Positions 8,970 to 18,111 are shown, numbered from the stretch's first letter. The stretch is 47,416 nucleotides of DNA from an uncultured bacterium (GCA_964548195.1 CAZJQC010000013.1:1-47416); one strand, 5' to 3'. Notes: a model not told the origin generated them from the sequence alone. Program-made: numbers and translations.

Positions 8970-10230
8970 AAGGGTAGGATTTGTGGGCACCCGCTTTGCG
9001 GGATTGGACGGGGTGTCGCTGGAGGCCGCAAAATGGGCAAAAGTGATCACGGAGATGGGGCATGAGGCCTTCTGGTTCGCCGGCGAACTTGACAAGCCGC
9101 CGGAGATCTCAGTGACTTGTCCGCAGGCTTATTTTAAAAACCTTGATATAGAAGAGATCAACGGGTCCGTGACCGGCGTCTATAAAAGGCCGCCTCATAT
9201 CACGGAAAAGATCTATGAGATAAAATCCGTGATCAAAAAGGAGCTGAGCCGTTTTGTGGACGGATTCGGTCTGGATATGCTCATCGTGGAGAATGCGCTG
9301 AGTATTCCCATGAACCTGCCTCTTGGCATGGCCTTGACCGAGTACATAGCCGAAACATGCATACCGGTCATCGGCCATCATCACGATTTTGCCTGGGAAA
9401 GGGACCGTTACCTGCACAATGCCATGTCGGACATACTCGCTATGAGTTTTCCTCCCGACCTGCCCTCCGTAAAGCATGTGGTCATAAACTCCATAGCCCA
9501 GAAACAGCTTGCCGCCCGAAAGGGGCTCGCCTCCCTGGTGATACCCAATGTCATAGACTTTGATGCCAAGGAGGGCCCTTCGGAGGAGCATGTTGAAAAT
9601 TTCAGAAAAGATTTCGGTTTTGAGGAGGATGACATCATCTTCCTGCAGCCTACGAGGATCGTGTCAAGAAAAGGGATAGAACACTCGATAGAGCTTATAC
9701 GAAGGCTTGAGGATCCGAGGATAAAGCTGGTCATCACCCATTCCTCCTCCGACGAGGGGCTGGAGTATTATCACCGCATAATAGAGATGGCCACATACCA
9801 GGGCATACCGATACATTTCATAAACAACAAGCTGCATAACAAGAACTCATATAAAATAGGCTGGGAACGCATATACACGCTGTGGGACGTCTACCCTTTC
9901 GCCGATTTCATAACATACCCCTCCTCGTTTGAGGGTTTCGGCAATGCATTTCTTGAGGCGATCTATTTCAAAAAGCCGATACTTGTGAACCGGTATTCGA
10001 TATTCATAGCCGACATAGAGCCCAAGGGGTTTAAGACGGTAAGCATCAACTCGTTTATAGGCGAGAATACTATTGCCAGCGTGAAACGGCTGCTATACGA
10101 CAAAGAATACAGACAGATGATGGTGGATGTGAATTACAGGCTTGGCAAGTCTTATTATTCTTTTGACCTGCTCAGGCGTGAACTCACTTTTCTCCTTTCT
10201 TCGGTGTTCGGGGTGAATAATTGTGATTAA
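8962..10230 (+). CDS. GT4 glycosyltransferase, probable mannosylglucosyl-(phospho)glycerate synthase type (MggA/MggS-like)
   Basis: GFVGTRFAGLDGVSLE..KW, HHHDF.WER, QPTRIV.RKGIE, YPS.FEGFGNAFLEA. ATG 8962 follows GGAGGTG. The specific function is inferred from the gpgS context. Confidence 0.75.
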   Translation: MGKRVGFVGTRFAGLDGVSLEAAKWAKVITEMGHEAFWFAGELDKPPEISVTCPQAYFKNLDIEEINGSVTGVYKRPPHITEKIYEIKSVIKKELSRFVDGFGLDMLIVENALSIPMNLPLGMALTEYIAETCIPVIGHHHDFAWERDRYLHNAMSDILAMSFPPDLPSVKHVVINSIAQKQLAARKGLASLVIPNVIDFDAKEGPSEEHVENFRKDFGFEEDDIIFLQPTRIVSRKGIEHSIELIRRLEDPRIKLVITHSSSDEGLEYYHRIIEMATYQGIPIHFINNKLHNKNSYKIGWERIYTLWDVYPFADFITYPSSFEGFGNAFLEAIYFKKPILVNRYSIFIADIEPKGFKTVSINSFIGENTIASVKRLLYDKEYRQMMVDVNYRLGKSYYSFDLLRRELTFLLSSVFGVNNCD

Positions 10231-10945
10231 AGTGCTGTTGTGGGATGTGTACGGTACTTTGCTTGTTGCGGCTTCGGGCGGATGTCCTCCCGAGGGCGGC
10301 GAAAAGGGCCTTTTGTCCGGCTTTGAGGCTCTGAACAGACACGGGGTCCCGATCGAGCCCGGCGCCGGCGTCAGCGCCTATTACGCATTGATAAAAACGC
10401 TTCACGAGGAGGCCGTATGCGGGCGTCCCGGCATCACTTATCCGGAGCTGGACATCAGAGAGCTGTGGGAACGCATGTTCCGCCGCTTCGGCGTCAGCGG
10501 CGTCCAGAGCGAAGAGGCCTCTCTTATCTTTGAAAAGGCGGCGAACCCGGTGGCCGCGGCGCCCGGTTACGCCGGACTGATCGCGTCGCTTGGCGGTGAC
10601 GGGCTGATACAGGGTTTGGCTTCCAATGCACAGTGGTACACGGTGCCGGAACTTTCGGAGCGTTACGGCGGTCAGTTTGAAGATCACTTCATGTCCGAGT
10701 ATTTTTTCATGTCATATGAGATCGGCTGTTCAAAACCGGATCATATTTTTTATGAGACGGTTGGGGAGACGCTTGAGAGCAGGGGATATGCGCGCGCCGA
10801 GTGCATGTTTGTGGGCGATGACCGCATAAATGACTTTGAGGAGCCCCGCAGAAAGGGTTTTAAAGCCGTCCGCTGCGTGGATGAGGAGGGCGCAGGCAGG
10901 GACGCTGCGGATCTGCTTGCCGAAATAAGAAGACATATGGTATGA
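10223..10945 (+). CDS. HAD-superfamily hydrolase (candidate sugar-phosphoglycerate phosphatase)
   Basis: Motif I DVYGTL, motif II SN, motif III KP, motif IV GDD..ND. Overlaps the upstream GT by 8 nt. Confidence 0.8.
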   Translation: MIKVLLWDVYGTLLVAASGGCPPEGGEKGLLSGFEALNRHGVPIEPGAGVSAYYALIKTLHEEAVCGRPGITYPELDIRELWERMFRRFGVSGVQSEEASLIFEKAANPVAAAPGYAGLIASLGGDGLIQGLASNAQWYTVPELSERYGGQFEDHFMSEYFFMSYEIGCSKPDHIFYETVGETLESRGYARAECMFVGDDRINDFEEPRRKGFKAVRCVDEEGAGRDAADLLAEIRRHMV

Positions 10946-11015
10946 CGCGGAGCCTGCCGCCGCGTAAAGGCCTTTTCAAGCCGAATAAAATATTGGCTCC
11001 GGCGCTGTTTTTCAC

Positions 11016-11043
11016 TTGAAAATAATCATATTGCATATATAAT
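11016..11043 (+). promoter_or_regulatory. Candidate sigma70 promoter for tRNA-Leu
   Basis: TTGAAA-16nt-TATAAT, 16 nt upstream of the tRNA 5' end. Confidence 0.65.
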
Positions 11044-11059
11044 CGCTCTGTCAAAGCAG

Positions 11060-11144
11060 GCCCGGGTGGCGGAATTGGTAGACGCGCTAGATTCAGGATC
11101 TAGTGGGCGATACGCCTGTAGGAGTTCGAATCTCCTCCCGGGCA
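11060..11144 (+). tRNA. tRNA-Leu (anticodon CAG); CCA not encoded
   Basis: Acceptor stem GCCCGGG/CCCGGGC plus discriminator A; D-loop GGAATTGGTAGAC; anticodon arm CTAGA-TTCAGGA-TCTAG; long variable arm GGCG-ATA-CGCC; T-arm AGGAG-TTCGAAT-CTCCT. Confidence 0.97.
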
Positions 11145-11170
11145 TACATCTTTTTTCAGGAGGGTTCTCC

Positions 11171-12388
11171 ATGTTTGTAAACTCTGCCAAGACCGGCAAG
11201 ACATTTCAGGATCTGATATTCAAAAACAATAATGAAGCGAGACAGCGGGCGTCGGAGGCGGGTCCGGGCGTGGTCGTCAACGGCACCATAGGCGCGTTGC
11301 TTGATGATGAGGGCCGGCTGGTCACATTTGAGAGCATCGACAGGATACACGCCGGACTTGATGTCAGGGCCCAGTCGGGCTATGCCCCCATGGAGGGGTA
11401 TCCGGGTTTTATCGCCGCGGCCGAACATTTTTGTTTCGGCGGGTTCAGGCCCGAATCTGAAATACGGGGCGTCTCCGTATCCGGCGGGCTGGCGGGCATA
11501 CATCATGCCGTGGTCAATTTTACCGAGCCGGGGGATGAAGTGATCACCACCGACTGGTTTTGGGGGCCGTATGAGTCCATATTGAACGAGACCGGACGAA
11601 GGATCGCCACCGTGCCCATGAGCACCGACGGGACCTTTGACACCGCATCGTTTGAGCGGCGCATACGGGATGCGGCGAGCCGGCAGGGAAGCGTGATGAT
11701 ATTGCTGAACACGCCTGCGCATAACCCGACCGGATATACGGTAGAAAACGCCGATTTTTCGGCTTTCATAGACATGCTTAACGAGATAGACGCGAAGATC
11801 ATCCTGTTTCTGGACACGGCTTATATGGAATTCGCCCGTCCGGAGTCAAAATCGGTTTTCAGGATGACGGACAGGCTGAAAAGGCATGTGCTGACCATCG
11901 TGGACTACAGTATTTCAAAAGGCTTTACCCGATACGGGCTGCGCAGCGCCGTGCTTTTCGGCATACACAGGGAGAGGGCCGCGCTTGACGAGTTTTTCCA
12001 TTCCATCGTGCTGAGCAACAGGGCGACGTACGGAAGCTGCGCCTCCACGGGACAACTTGTACTGGATGCCCTGTTCAGGGACAAGGCCGCCCTCGACGTT
12101 TATTACGGTGAACGGGACCGCTGGAGAAGAGAACTGGCTTCGCGCGCGGAAGCGTTTTTTTCCGTCATCGACCCTGCCCTGGCAATGCCGTACAGGGAAG
12201 GCTTTTTCACATCGGTGATATGCGGAGAGGCCGCGGCTTTATGCGATGAGATGAAAAGAAAAGACATCTTTCTCGTGCCGTTGAAAAAGGGGATACGGGT
12301 GGGGCTGTGTTCCATGGCGAAAGGGGACTGCGCAAAGGTTGCCGGCGAACTTAATATTGCCGCCGCCGCATTCGCGGACAATGGATAA
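11171..12388 (+). CDS. Class I/II PLP-dependent aminotransferase (aspartate/aromatic type)
   Basis: NGTIG, GYAPMEG, HNPTGY, LDTAY and the PLP-lysine motif SISKGFTRYGLR. True start is ATG 11171 after GGAGGG; the ORF-track extension overlaps the tRNA. Confidence 0.88.
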   Translation: MFVNSAKTGKTFQDLIFKNNNEARQRASEAGPGVVVNGTIGALLDDEGRLVTFESIDRIHAGLDVRAQSGYAPMEGYPGFIAAAEHFCFGGFRPESEIRGVSVSGGLAGIHHAVVNFTEPGDEVITTDWFWGPYESILNETGRRIATVPMSTDGTFDTASFERRIRDAASRQGSVMILLNTPAHNPTGYTVENADFSAFIDMLNEIDAKIILFLDTAYMEFARPESKSVFRMTDRLKRHVLTIVDYSISKGFTRYGLRSAVLFGIHRERAALDEFFHSIVLSNRATYGSCASTGQLVLDALFRDKAALDVYYGERDRWRRELASRAEAFFSVIDPALAMPYREGFFTSVICGEAAALCDEMKRKDIFLVPLKKGIRVGLCSMAKGDCAKVAGELNIAAAAFADNG

Positions 12389-14126
12389 TCTGAAAAAATT
12401 AAGGAAGATCATACGGGACGCCCCCGGCCTTCCGGGTGTGTATCTTTTCAAAGACGCTGCCGGCGGCATACTGTACGTGGGCAAAGCCAAAAATCTGAGA
12501 AACAGGCTGATGTCCTATTTGCAGACAGACGCCCTTGAATACCGCAAGCGAGTTATGGTGTTTCACGCGGCCGATGTGGAATACATCGTCGTGGGCAGCG
12601 AGACGGACGCCTTTATACTTGAAAAGAACCTGATAAAGGAGAACCAGCCACACTATAATGTGTCTCTGAAAGACGGCAAGACCTATCCCTACATAAAAAT
12701 AACGGTGAAAGAGCCCTATCCCCGGGTCTTTGTGACAAGAAAGCCGCGCAATGACGGGTCAAAATACTTTGGCCCTTACACGTCCGTGGGTTCGGTGCGG
12801 CATCTGCTTTCCAGACTGAGGTCTGTCTTTCCGTTCCGGCATTGTGTCAGGATGCCGTCAAAGGTCTGCCTGCAGTATCATCTGGGCAGATGCAGCGGGC
12901 CGTGTGAGAAAGACGTGCCGGCATCGGAATATGCGGCGTCGATCAGCGCCCTCATATCACTGTTCGGGGGCAGGGGCAAAAGCCTGTATCAGGAACTGGA
13001 AAAGAAGATGAAGAAATATGCGGAAGAGCTTGAGTTTGAAAAGGCGGCTGAGATGCGCGAGCAGCTTGAAGGGCTGAGGCAGATAGTGTTCATGCCGGAT
13101 ATGGAGCAATATTCGATGAACACATACGACACCATAGCTCAGAAAAGCGTTGGCGAGACAAAATCGCTGTTTCTCTTGTCCATGAAGGACGGTAAGGTCG
13201 TGTTTCAGGAGAGCCAGGTGTTTGAAAGCGCGGATGACGACGCCCTGACATCCTATATTTATCTGAGATATTCCGGCATGCCTTCCGTGCCGCCGGTGAT
13301 AGTTGCGGAAACGGGTGAGGACGGCCCGGCGCTGAGCCGGGAGTTCAGCGCCATATGCGGATATTCCGTGTCGGTGAGGCCGCCGGAAAACGATTCCGAG
13401 AGGACGATGTTCAAAAGGGCCGGGGAGAATGCGAATTTCAACCTTAAGAAGCATTTCATGACGGGCCTTAACGGCTACTTTGACGACCTTGAAGAACTTA
13501 CCGGGCTGTACGGACTGGAATCTCTGGATGCCTTTGACATATCCAATTACGGATCCGAGCAGTTTGTGGGCAGCTGCATCAGGCTCACCAGAAACGGTTT
13601 TGACAAAAGGAATTACAGACACTTCAATATAGCGGGGGAGTCGCAGGACGATTTCAGGATGATCGGCGAGATAGTGCGGCGGCGATACAAAGAGGGGGGG
13701 CTGCCGGGCTTCATACTTATTGACGGCGGGCGCATACAGGTCTCATTCGCATTGGCGTCGCTGAGAGAACTCGGCGCGGAGACGCCTCTTGCCGGGCTGG
13801 CGAAAAAGGAAGAACGCCTCATAGGCGCCGACGGCGTTGAGATAGACCTTGAGGGCCACGGCAAGGCGCGGCTGCTTCTTATGAAGGCCAGGGATGAGGT
13901 GCATCGCTTTGCGATCACGTTCAACAGGAATAAAAAACGCAAAAAGATGACGTCCAATCCCCTTGAAGAAATGCCCGGACTGGGCGTTAAAAAAGCGGAG
14001 ACGCTGCTAAGATTCTTCGGTACCGTGGAGGCTGTCAGGGCCGCATCCGTCAAAGATCTTCTCAAAGTCCCGGGAATAGGCGAGGCAACAGCGTATAAAA
14101 TCACGAAATTTTTAAAAATAGATTGA
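12381..14126 (+). CDS. uvrC: Excinuclease ABC subunit C
   Basis: GIY-YIG region PGVYLFKD..G.ILYVGKAKNLRNR, Cys cluster C..CLQYHLGRCSGPC, UVR coiled coil, FDISN, IDGG..Q, RDEVHRFAI, C-terminal HhH motifs. Confidence 0.96.
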   Translation: MDNLKKLRKIIRDAPGLPGVYLFKDAAGGILYVGKAKNLRNRLMSYLQTDALEYRKRVMVFHAADVEYIVVGSETDAFILEKNLIKENQPHYNVSLKDGKTYPYIKITVKEPYPRVFVTRKPRNDGSKYFGPYTSVGSVRHLLSRLRSVFPFRHCVRMPSKVCLQYHLGRCSGPCEKDVPASEYAASISALISLFGGRGKSLYQELEKKMKKYAEELEFEKAAEMREQLEGLRQIVFMPDMEQYSMNTYDTIAQKSVGETKSLFLLSMKDGKVVFQESQVFESADDDALTSYIYLRYSGMPSVPPVIVAETGEDGPALSREFSAICGYSVSVRPPENDSERTMFKRAGENANFNLKKHFMTGLNGYFDDLEELTGLYGLESLDAFDISNYGSEQFVGSCIRLTRNGFDKRNYRHFNIAGESQDDFRMIGEIVRRRYKEGGLPGFILIDGGRIQVSFALASLRELGAETPLAGLAKKEERLIGADGVEIDLEGHGKARLLLMKARDEVHRFAITFNRNKKRKKMTSNPLEEMPGLGVKKAETLLRFFGTVEAVRAASVKDLLKVPGIGEATAYKITKFLKID

Positions 14127-14150
14127 TTTTTCAAAGATTGTGAATATAAT
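14123..14150 (+). promoter_or_regulatory. Candidate internal promoter for rex, with a Rex-operator half-site
   Basis: TTGATT-16nt-TATAAT; TTGTGAA (14138-14144) abuts the -10. Confidence 0.45.
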
Positions 14151-14181
14151 TATCGTGAAGCCAAGCACGAAAGGGGACGTT

Positions 14182-14859
14182 ATGGACAAAAAGATTCCCA
14201 GGCCTACATTGGAAAGATTTCCTAAATATTATCATGTCACGACTTCGTTTTTAAATAAATCTGATGATGAATACATATCGTCCGTATATCTTGCGGATTG
14301 TCTCAATATGGATGATTCCCAGGTCAGGCGGGATATGATGTATCTGGATATAGGCGGCAAGCCCCGTGTGGGGTACAATGCCGAGGAGTTGAAGAACACA
14401 CTGGCTCATTATCTCGGATATTTCAATGTCAATGACGCGCTGCTGGTGGGTGCCGGACATCTCGGCACGGCGATCGCGGCTTACGGCGGTTTTGCCGATT
14501 ATGGTTTGAAGATAGTCGGTGTGTTTGATGAAAACGCGAAGGTTGTCGGCTCGAAAATCGGCAGGCTTTCTGTGCTGGGCATGGAGCAGCTGTCGAAGTT
14601 CATCACAAAGCGGAACATACGCATAGCCATAGTCACCACCCCGGCTTCGGCCGCTCAGTCTGTGGTGGACGAGCTGGTGGGGGCGGGGATAAAGGCTATA
14701 TGGAATTTCGCTCCGGTCCGTCTTGAAGTCGAAGCGGATGTGTTCGTGCAGGACGAGAACCTTGCCGAGAGCTTTTCATTCATTTCGCATTTTATGAAGC
14801 AATACGGAAAAAAGACCAGTTCGAAAAAAGTGATAAAAAAATCTCAAAGGGAGTCGTAG
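14182..14859 (+). CDS. rex: Redox-sensing transcriptional repressor Rex
   Basis: IPRPTLERFPKYY, ISS..LA, SQVRRDM, G.PRVGY, VGAGHLG.A, GIKAIWNFAP. Confidence 0.95.
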   Translation: MDKKIPRPTLERFPKYYHVTTSFLNKSDDEYISSVYLADCLNMDDSQVRRDMMYLDIGGKPRVGYNAEELKNTLAHYLGYFNVNDALLVGAGHLGTAIAAYGGFADYGLKIVGVFDENAKVVGSKIGRLSVLGMEQLSKFITKRNIRIAIVTTPASAAQSVVDELVGAGIKAIWNFAPVRLEVEADVFVQDENLAESFSFISHFMKQYGKKTSSKKVIKKSQRES

Positions 14860-15596
14860 AAGACTTTTTCAAGGGTGAGGCCCTGGGCTGCCAGGGTCTT
14901 GCCGGTATATTCTCTGTCGCCTGTCTCAAATGCTTTTATGATATGTTCCTCGTCAGTGGCGCCGTAGCCAAGGTATAGCAGTGTGCCCATCATTATCCGT
15001 ATCATATTGTAGAGGAAGCGGTTGCCGATCACGGTGATATTGAATCCGCCCGCATGGCGGGAGATGAAGATCTCTTTTATGTGGCATACGGGGTCTTTTT
15101 CCGGCGCTTTGCCCGGCAGGTTCCGGAACGCCGAATAGTCTTTTTCGCCCTTGAAGAGGGCGAGTGCTCTTTCCATCCTCTCAGTATCGGGCATTTTCTG
15201 CAGTATATAGGCGTAGCGGTTTGCGAGGGGGTCGTCGGGGTGGATGAACCTGTAAACGTATTCCTTGCCGGTGGCGGAGAATATGGGATGAAAATCGCGG
15301 TTGCTTTCCTCCAGCGACATGATCCTTATGTCAGGTGGAAGGAAGGAATTGCAGCCTCTCAGTATATTATAGGGGTCCATGGATTTCATGCATCTGAACT
15401 GAAAGGCCTGGCCCCGGGCGTGCACTCCCGAATCGGTCCTGCTGGCGCCGTTGACGGGTATCCTTTCGGCGTCAAAGACTTTGCTTACGGCTTTTTCCAT
15501 GGTGCGCTGAACAGTCGGAATACCCTCTTTCTGCATCTGCCAGCCTTTATAGTTTGTCCCGTCATAGGCCACGATGCCTTTGTAATAATTGTACAT
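14844..15596 (-). CDS. truA: tRNA pseudouridine(38-40) synthase
   Basis: YDGTNYKGWQ.Q, ASRTDSGVHA.GQ, GNRFLYNMIR, A.GLTL.KV.Y. ATG 15596 follows GGAGG. Confidence 0.95.
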   Translation of the reverse strand: MYNYYKGIVAYDGTNYKGWQMQKEGIPTVQRTMEKAVSKVFDAERIPVNGASRTDSGVHARGQAFQFRCMKSMDPYNILRGCNSFLPPDIRIMSLEESNRDFHPIFSATGKEYVYRFIHPDDPLANRYAYILQKMPDTERMERALALFKGEKDYSAFRNLPGKAPEKDPVCHIKEIFISRHAGGFNITVIGNRFLYNMIRIMMGTLLYLGYGATDEEHIIKAFETGDREYTGKTLAAQGLTLEKVFYDSL

Positions 15597-15706
15597 ATGC
15601 GTCCTCCGGGGAGATAATACACCATCGAAGTGGAGAAATAAAGCAATAAACGCCTTTACAAAAGAGGCGGGGATGATTATCATTGATAATGGAGGAAGGA
15701 GGTTTT

Positions 15707-15964
15707 ATGAATCAAATGCGCATTATGGGCTTACTGCTTACAGACCGTGTCACCGAGGCAAGCAGTGTGCAGAACATACTGACCAAATACGGTTGTTCCA
15801 TCAAGACACGTCTCGGCATGCATGAAGTCTCGGAAAATTACTGTGACAAAAAGGGGTTTATGTTGCTTGAGCTTATCGGAGACAAATCCGAATGGGAGGC
15901 CATGGAGAAAGAGCTGCTCGCAGTGGAGGGCGTTATTGTCAAGTGGATGCATTTTGACTATTGA
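15707..15964 (+). CDS. Small ACT-like protein of the TM1266 / iron-only hydrogenase system regulator type
   Basis: 85 aa; IMGLLLTDR..EAS.VQ.ILTKYGCSIKTRLGMHE; strong AGGAGG RBS. Confidence 0.7.
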   Translation: MNQMRIMGLLLTDRVTEASSVQNILTKYGCSIKTRLGMHEVSENYCDKKGFMLLELIGDKSEWEAMEKELLAVEGVIVKWMHFDY

Positions 15965-15970
15965 CCTTTT

Positions 15971-16041
15971 TACCGTCCGGGAGCGCTTCTCCCGGACGGT
16001 ATGACTTTTGTCGTCCCGCGTTCCGCGCGGACGGTTTTTTT
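15971..16041. terminator. Tandem hairpins / intrinsic terminator between convergent genes
   Basis: Perfect 13-bp stem TACCGTCCGGGAG/CTCCCGGACGGTA, then CGTCCCGCG-TTC-CGCGcGGACG followed by a T7 run. Confidence 0.7.
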
Positions 16042-16048
16042 ATGCGTT

Positions 16049-16723
16049 TCAGTTTCTGCGTGAGAGTATCAGCAGTCTCAACAGGTTCAGCAAAGCCGCC
16101 AGTGTCGAAGCCACGTATGTCAATGCCGCGGCTTTAAGTACTTTTCCCGCGCCCTTGAGCTCTTCAGGGTCAAGATAGCCCCGTTTTTTTATAATGCGCA
16201 TCGCCAGGTATGAGGCGTCAAACTCGACCGGAAGGGTGATGACGGAGAAGAACACCGCCGCGGCGTAGAAGATTATGCCGATATTGACCAGAACGGGCAG
16301 CGCGAATATGAATCCCCCTATTACGAGGGGAAAGGCCATGGACGATCCGAAGGAGCTTACCGGCAGGATGGCGTTTCTGATCTTCAGCGGCAGATAATCC
16401 CTGGCATCCTGTATGGCGTGGCCCGCTTCATGGGCCGCGACGGCGAGAGCGGCTATGCTTTTCTTTCCGTATACCGCATCGGAGAGGCGCAGCACTTTTG
16501 CCCTGGGGTCGTAATGGTCGGTAAGGTTGCCGCGCACGTGTTCCACCGGTATGTCCACCTCGGTGCGCGCGAGTATGTCCTCCGCTATTTTGTCCGCCGT
16601 AAGTCCGCTTGAGGCGGGTATTCTTGAATATTTTGCGAACGTCGTCTTCACTTTTGTCTGGGCGAATATCGCGAGTATCACCGCGGGTATTATGAGTATT
16701 ATTGTCCAGTCGTAAAAAATCAT
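16049..16723 (-). CDS. Membrane zinc metallopeptidase, YugP/Zn_peptidase_2 family
   Basis: LTDHYDP..KVLRLS, VAAHEAGHAIQ (HExxH), TLPVEFDAS, VL.AAALTYVA; several hydrophobic segments. Confidence 0.92.
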   Translation of the reverse strand: MIFYDWTIILIIPAVILAIFAQTKVKTTFAKYSRIPASSGLTADKIAEDILARTEVDIPVEHVRGNLTDHYDPRAKVLRLSDAVYGKKSIAALAVAAHEAGHAIQDARDYLPLKIRNAILPVSSFGSSMAFPLVIGGFIFALPVLVNIGIIFYAAAVFFSVITLPVEFDASYLAMRIIKKRGYLDPEELKGAGKVLKAAALTYVASTLAALLNLLRLLILSRRN

Positions 16724-16770
16724 TCGGATCACTCCTTTTACGCATTAAACATGTAACAAGCCAATGTCTC

Positions 16771-18105
16771 TTAAGTTCCTTTGTTTTCAAGCAGTCTGTC
16801 TATGCCCTCAAGCCGCAGTATGACCAGCCCCAGCCGTTCCGCCGAGACGCCGTCCGTCATATTATAATCGAAGGCGGGCCTTCCGTCCACAACGGATGAA
16901 CCGAAGCACATGAACCTGATCTTTTCCGGTTTTTCAAGTTCCTCGGCGAGTTCGAGAAGATGGGAGGAGAGTATGAAATAACTGGAATCCCAGTCCGACA
17001 ACTTGTCGATGACCAGCTTCGACGAGTCAAAGGCGTCTTTGACGTTTGTGCCTTTGAACAGCTCGTCAAAGATGAAGAGGCAGCGCCCCCCGCCCTGCAG
17101 CAGTTCGGCAGCTTTTTTCACCCTGTTTACCTCGCTGAAGAAATAGCTGTATCCCGCCCGTATATTGTCATCCGTGTGTATGCCCGTGAAAAGCGCGTCA
17201 AAAAAGGGTGTGCTCAGATGATCCGCAAACACCGGAAGGCCGATATGTGCCAGATACACCGATATTGCCAGGGACTTAAGGAACGTGGTCTTGCCCGCCA
17301 TATTCGGCCCTGTAAGGAACAGCAGGTTTTTTTTGAGGGAAAGGTCCTGTCTGACGGGCGATTTAAGAAAGGGATGGCGGAGACCTCTCGCATTCAGCCC
17401 TCCCTCGGGGTCAAACACGGCAAAATGCATCCCGTGTCTTTCGGCGGCCTTGGCGGCTGCGGCTAATGCGTCAAGTCTGTAAAAGGACTCCGTGAGATCT
17501 GATATCACCTTTTTGCCCTTGCCTCTTGCCCATCTGTCCGTTCTGAGGACGTTCAGGACGCTGCGGCCCTCCTTGTCGAAAGAGGCGCGGATCCCGGCGG
17601 GTATGGTGTTTAACATGGCGCTGATCCCGGAGGCCTCCCTGAGTATAAGTCCGGGCTGCCGGGCGCCGCTGACGGCGTCCGGAAAGGCGGTCATGACGGA
17701 GATAAAGCCGCTGACATAGCGTATGCCTTCGGTGATGTATTCGAGGTTTGAGAAGAGGCCGGTCTCCTTATGGCTGAGTGCCGTTCTGATTGCGGTTATC
17801 GCAAAGTCACCTGGGGTTTCCCGTTTCAATCCGGGCAGTTTTGATTTGATATACTGTTCTATGAACACAAACTGGTTTCTGTGTATTTTAAGGGCGTTTT
17901 TATCGAGATGGGACTGCATGAAGCGTATTGCTTCCGATATGGCCAAGGCTTCTTCCGGGGAGCTGCAGCCTTTTGAGAAGAGGCCGCGCAAATACCTGCT
18001 CCCTCCCTCCGTCAGGGTCAGATCCATCAACGCGAAGACACCCGGCCCGCCGTCGGCCGAGGCGAATATCTCCATATCCCGCAGAGTGTGGCCGTCGAAT
18101 CTCAA
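16771..18105 (-). CDS. MutS-related ATPase (domain III remnant + domain V only)
   Basis: Walker A TGPNMAGKTTFLK, SYFFSEV.R.K, Walker B FIFDELFKGTN, SSH. At 444 aa it lacks the mismatch-recognition and Smr domains. Confidence 0.88.
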   Translation of the reverse strand: MRFDGHTLRDMEIFASADGGPGVFALMDLTLTEGGSRYLRGLFSKGCSSPEEALAISEAIRFMQSHLDKNALKIHRNQFVFIEQYIKSKLPGLKRETPGDFAITAIRTALSHKETGLFSNLEYITEGIRYVSGFISVMTAFPDAVSGARQPGLILREASGISAMLNTIPAGIRASFDKEGRSVLNVLRTDRWARGKGKKVISDLTESFYRLDALAAAAKAAERHGMHFAVFDPEGGLNARGLRHPFLKSPVRQDLSLKKNLLFLTGPNMAGKTTFLKSLAISVYLAHIGLPVFADHLSTPFFDALFTGIHTDDNIRAGYSYFFSEVNRVKKAAELLQGGGRCLFIFDELFKGTNVKDAFDSSKLVIDKLSDWDSSYFILSSHLLELAEELEKPEKIRFMCFGSSVVDGRPAFDYNMTDGVSAERLGLVILRLEGIDRLLENKGT

Positions 18106-18111
18106 TATGTC

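Noticed and set aside
11066..11170. N-terminal extension of the 440-aa ORF (MAELVDALDSGSSG...)
   Set aside because: It is the tRNA-Leu sequence read as codons. The real start is ATG 11171 with its own RBS.
11060..11170. tRNA-Leu as an integration site for a genomic island
   Set aside because: No integrase nearby, no duplicated tRNA 3' end noticed, and the flanking genes are housekeeping.
14138..14155. Full Rex operator at the rex promoter
   Set aside because: The left half TTGTGAA is perfect but the right half (ATTATCG) does not match TTCACAA; kept only as a half-site.
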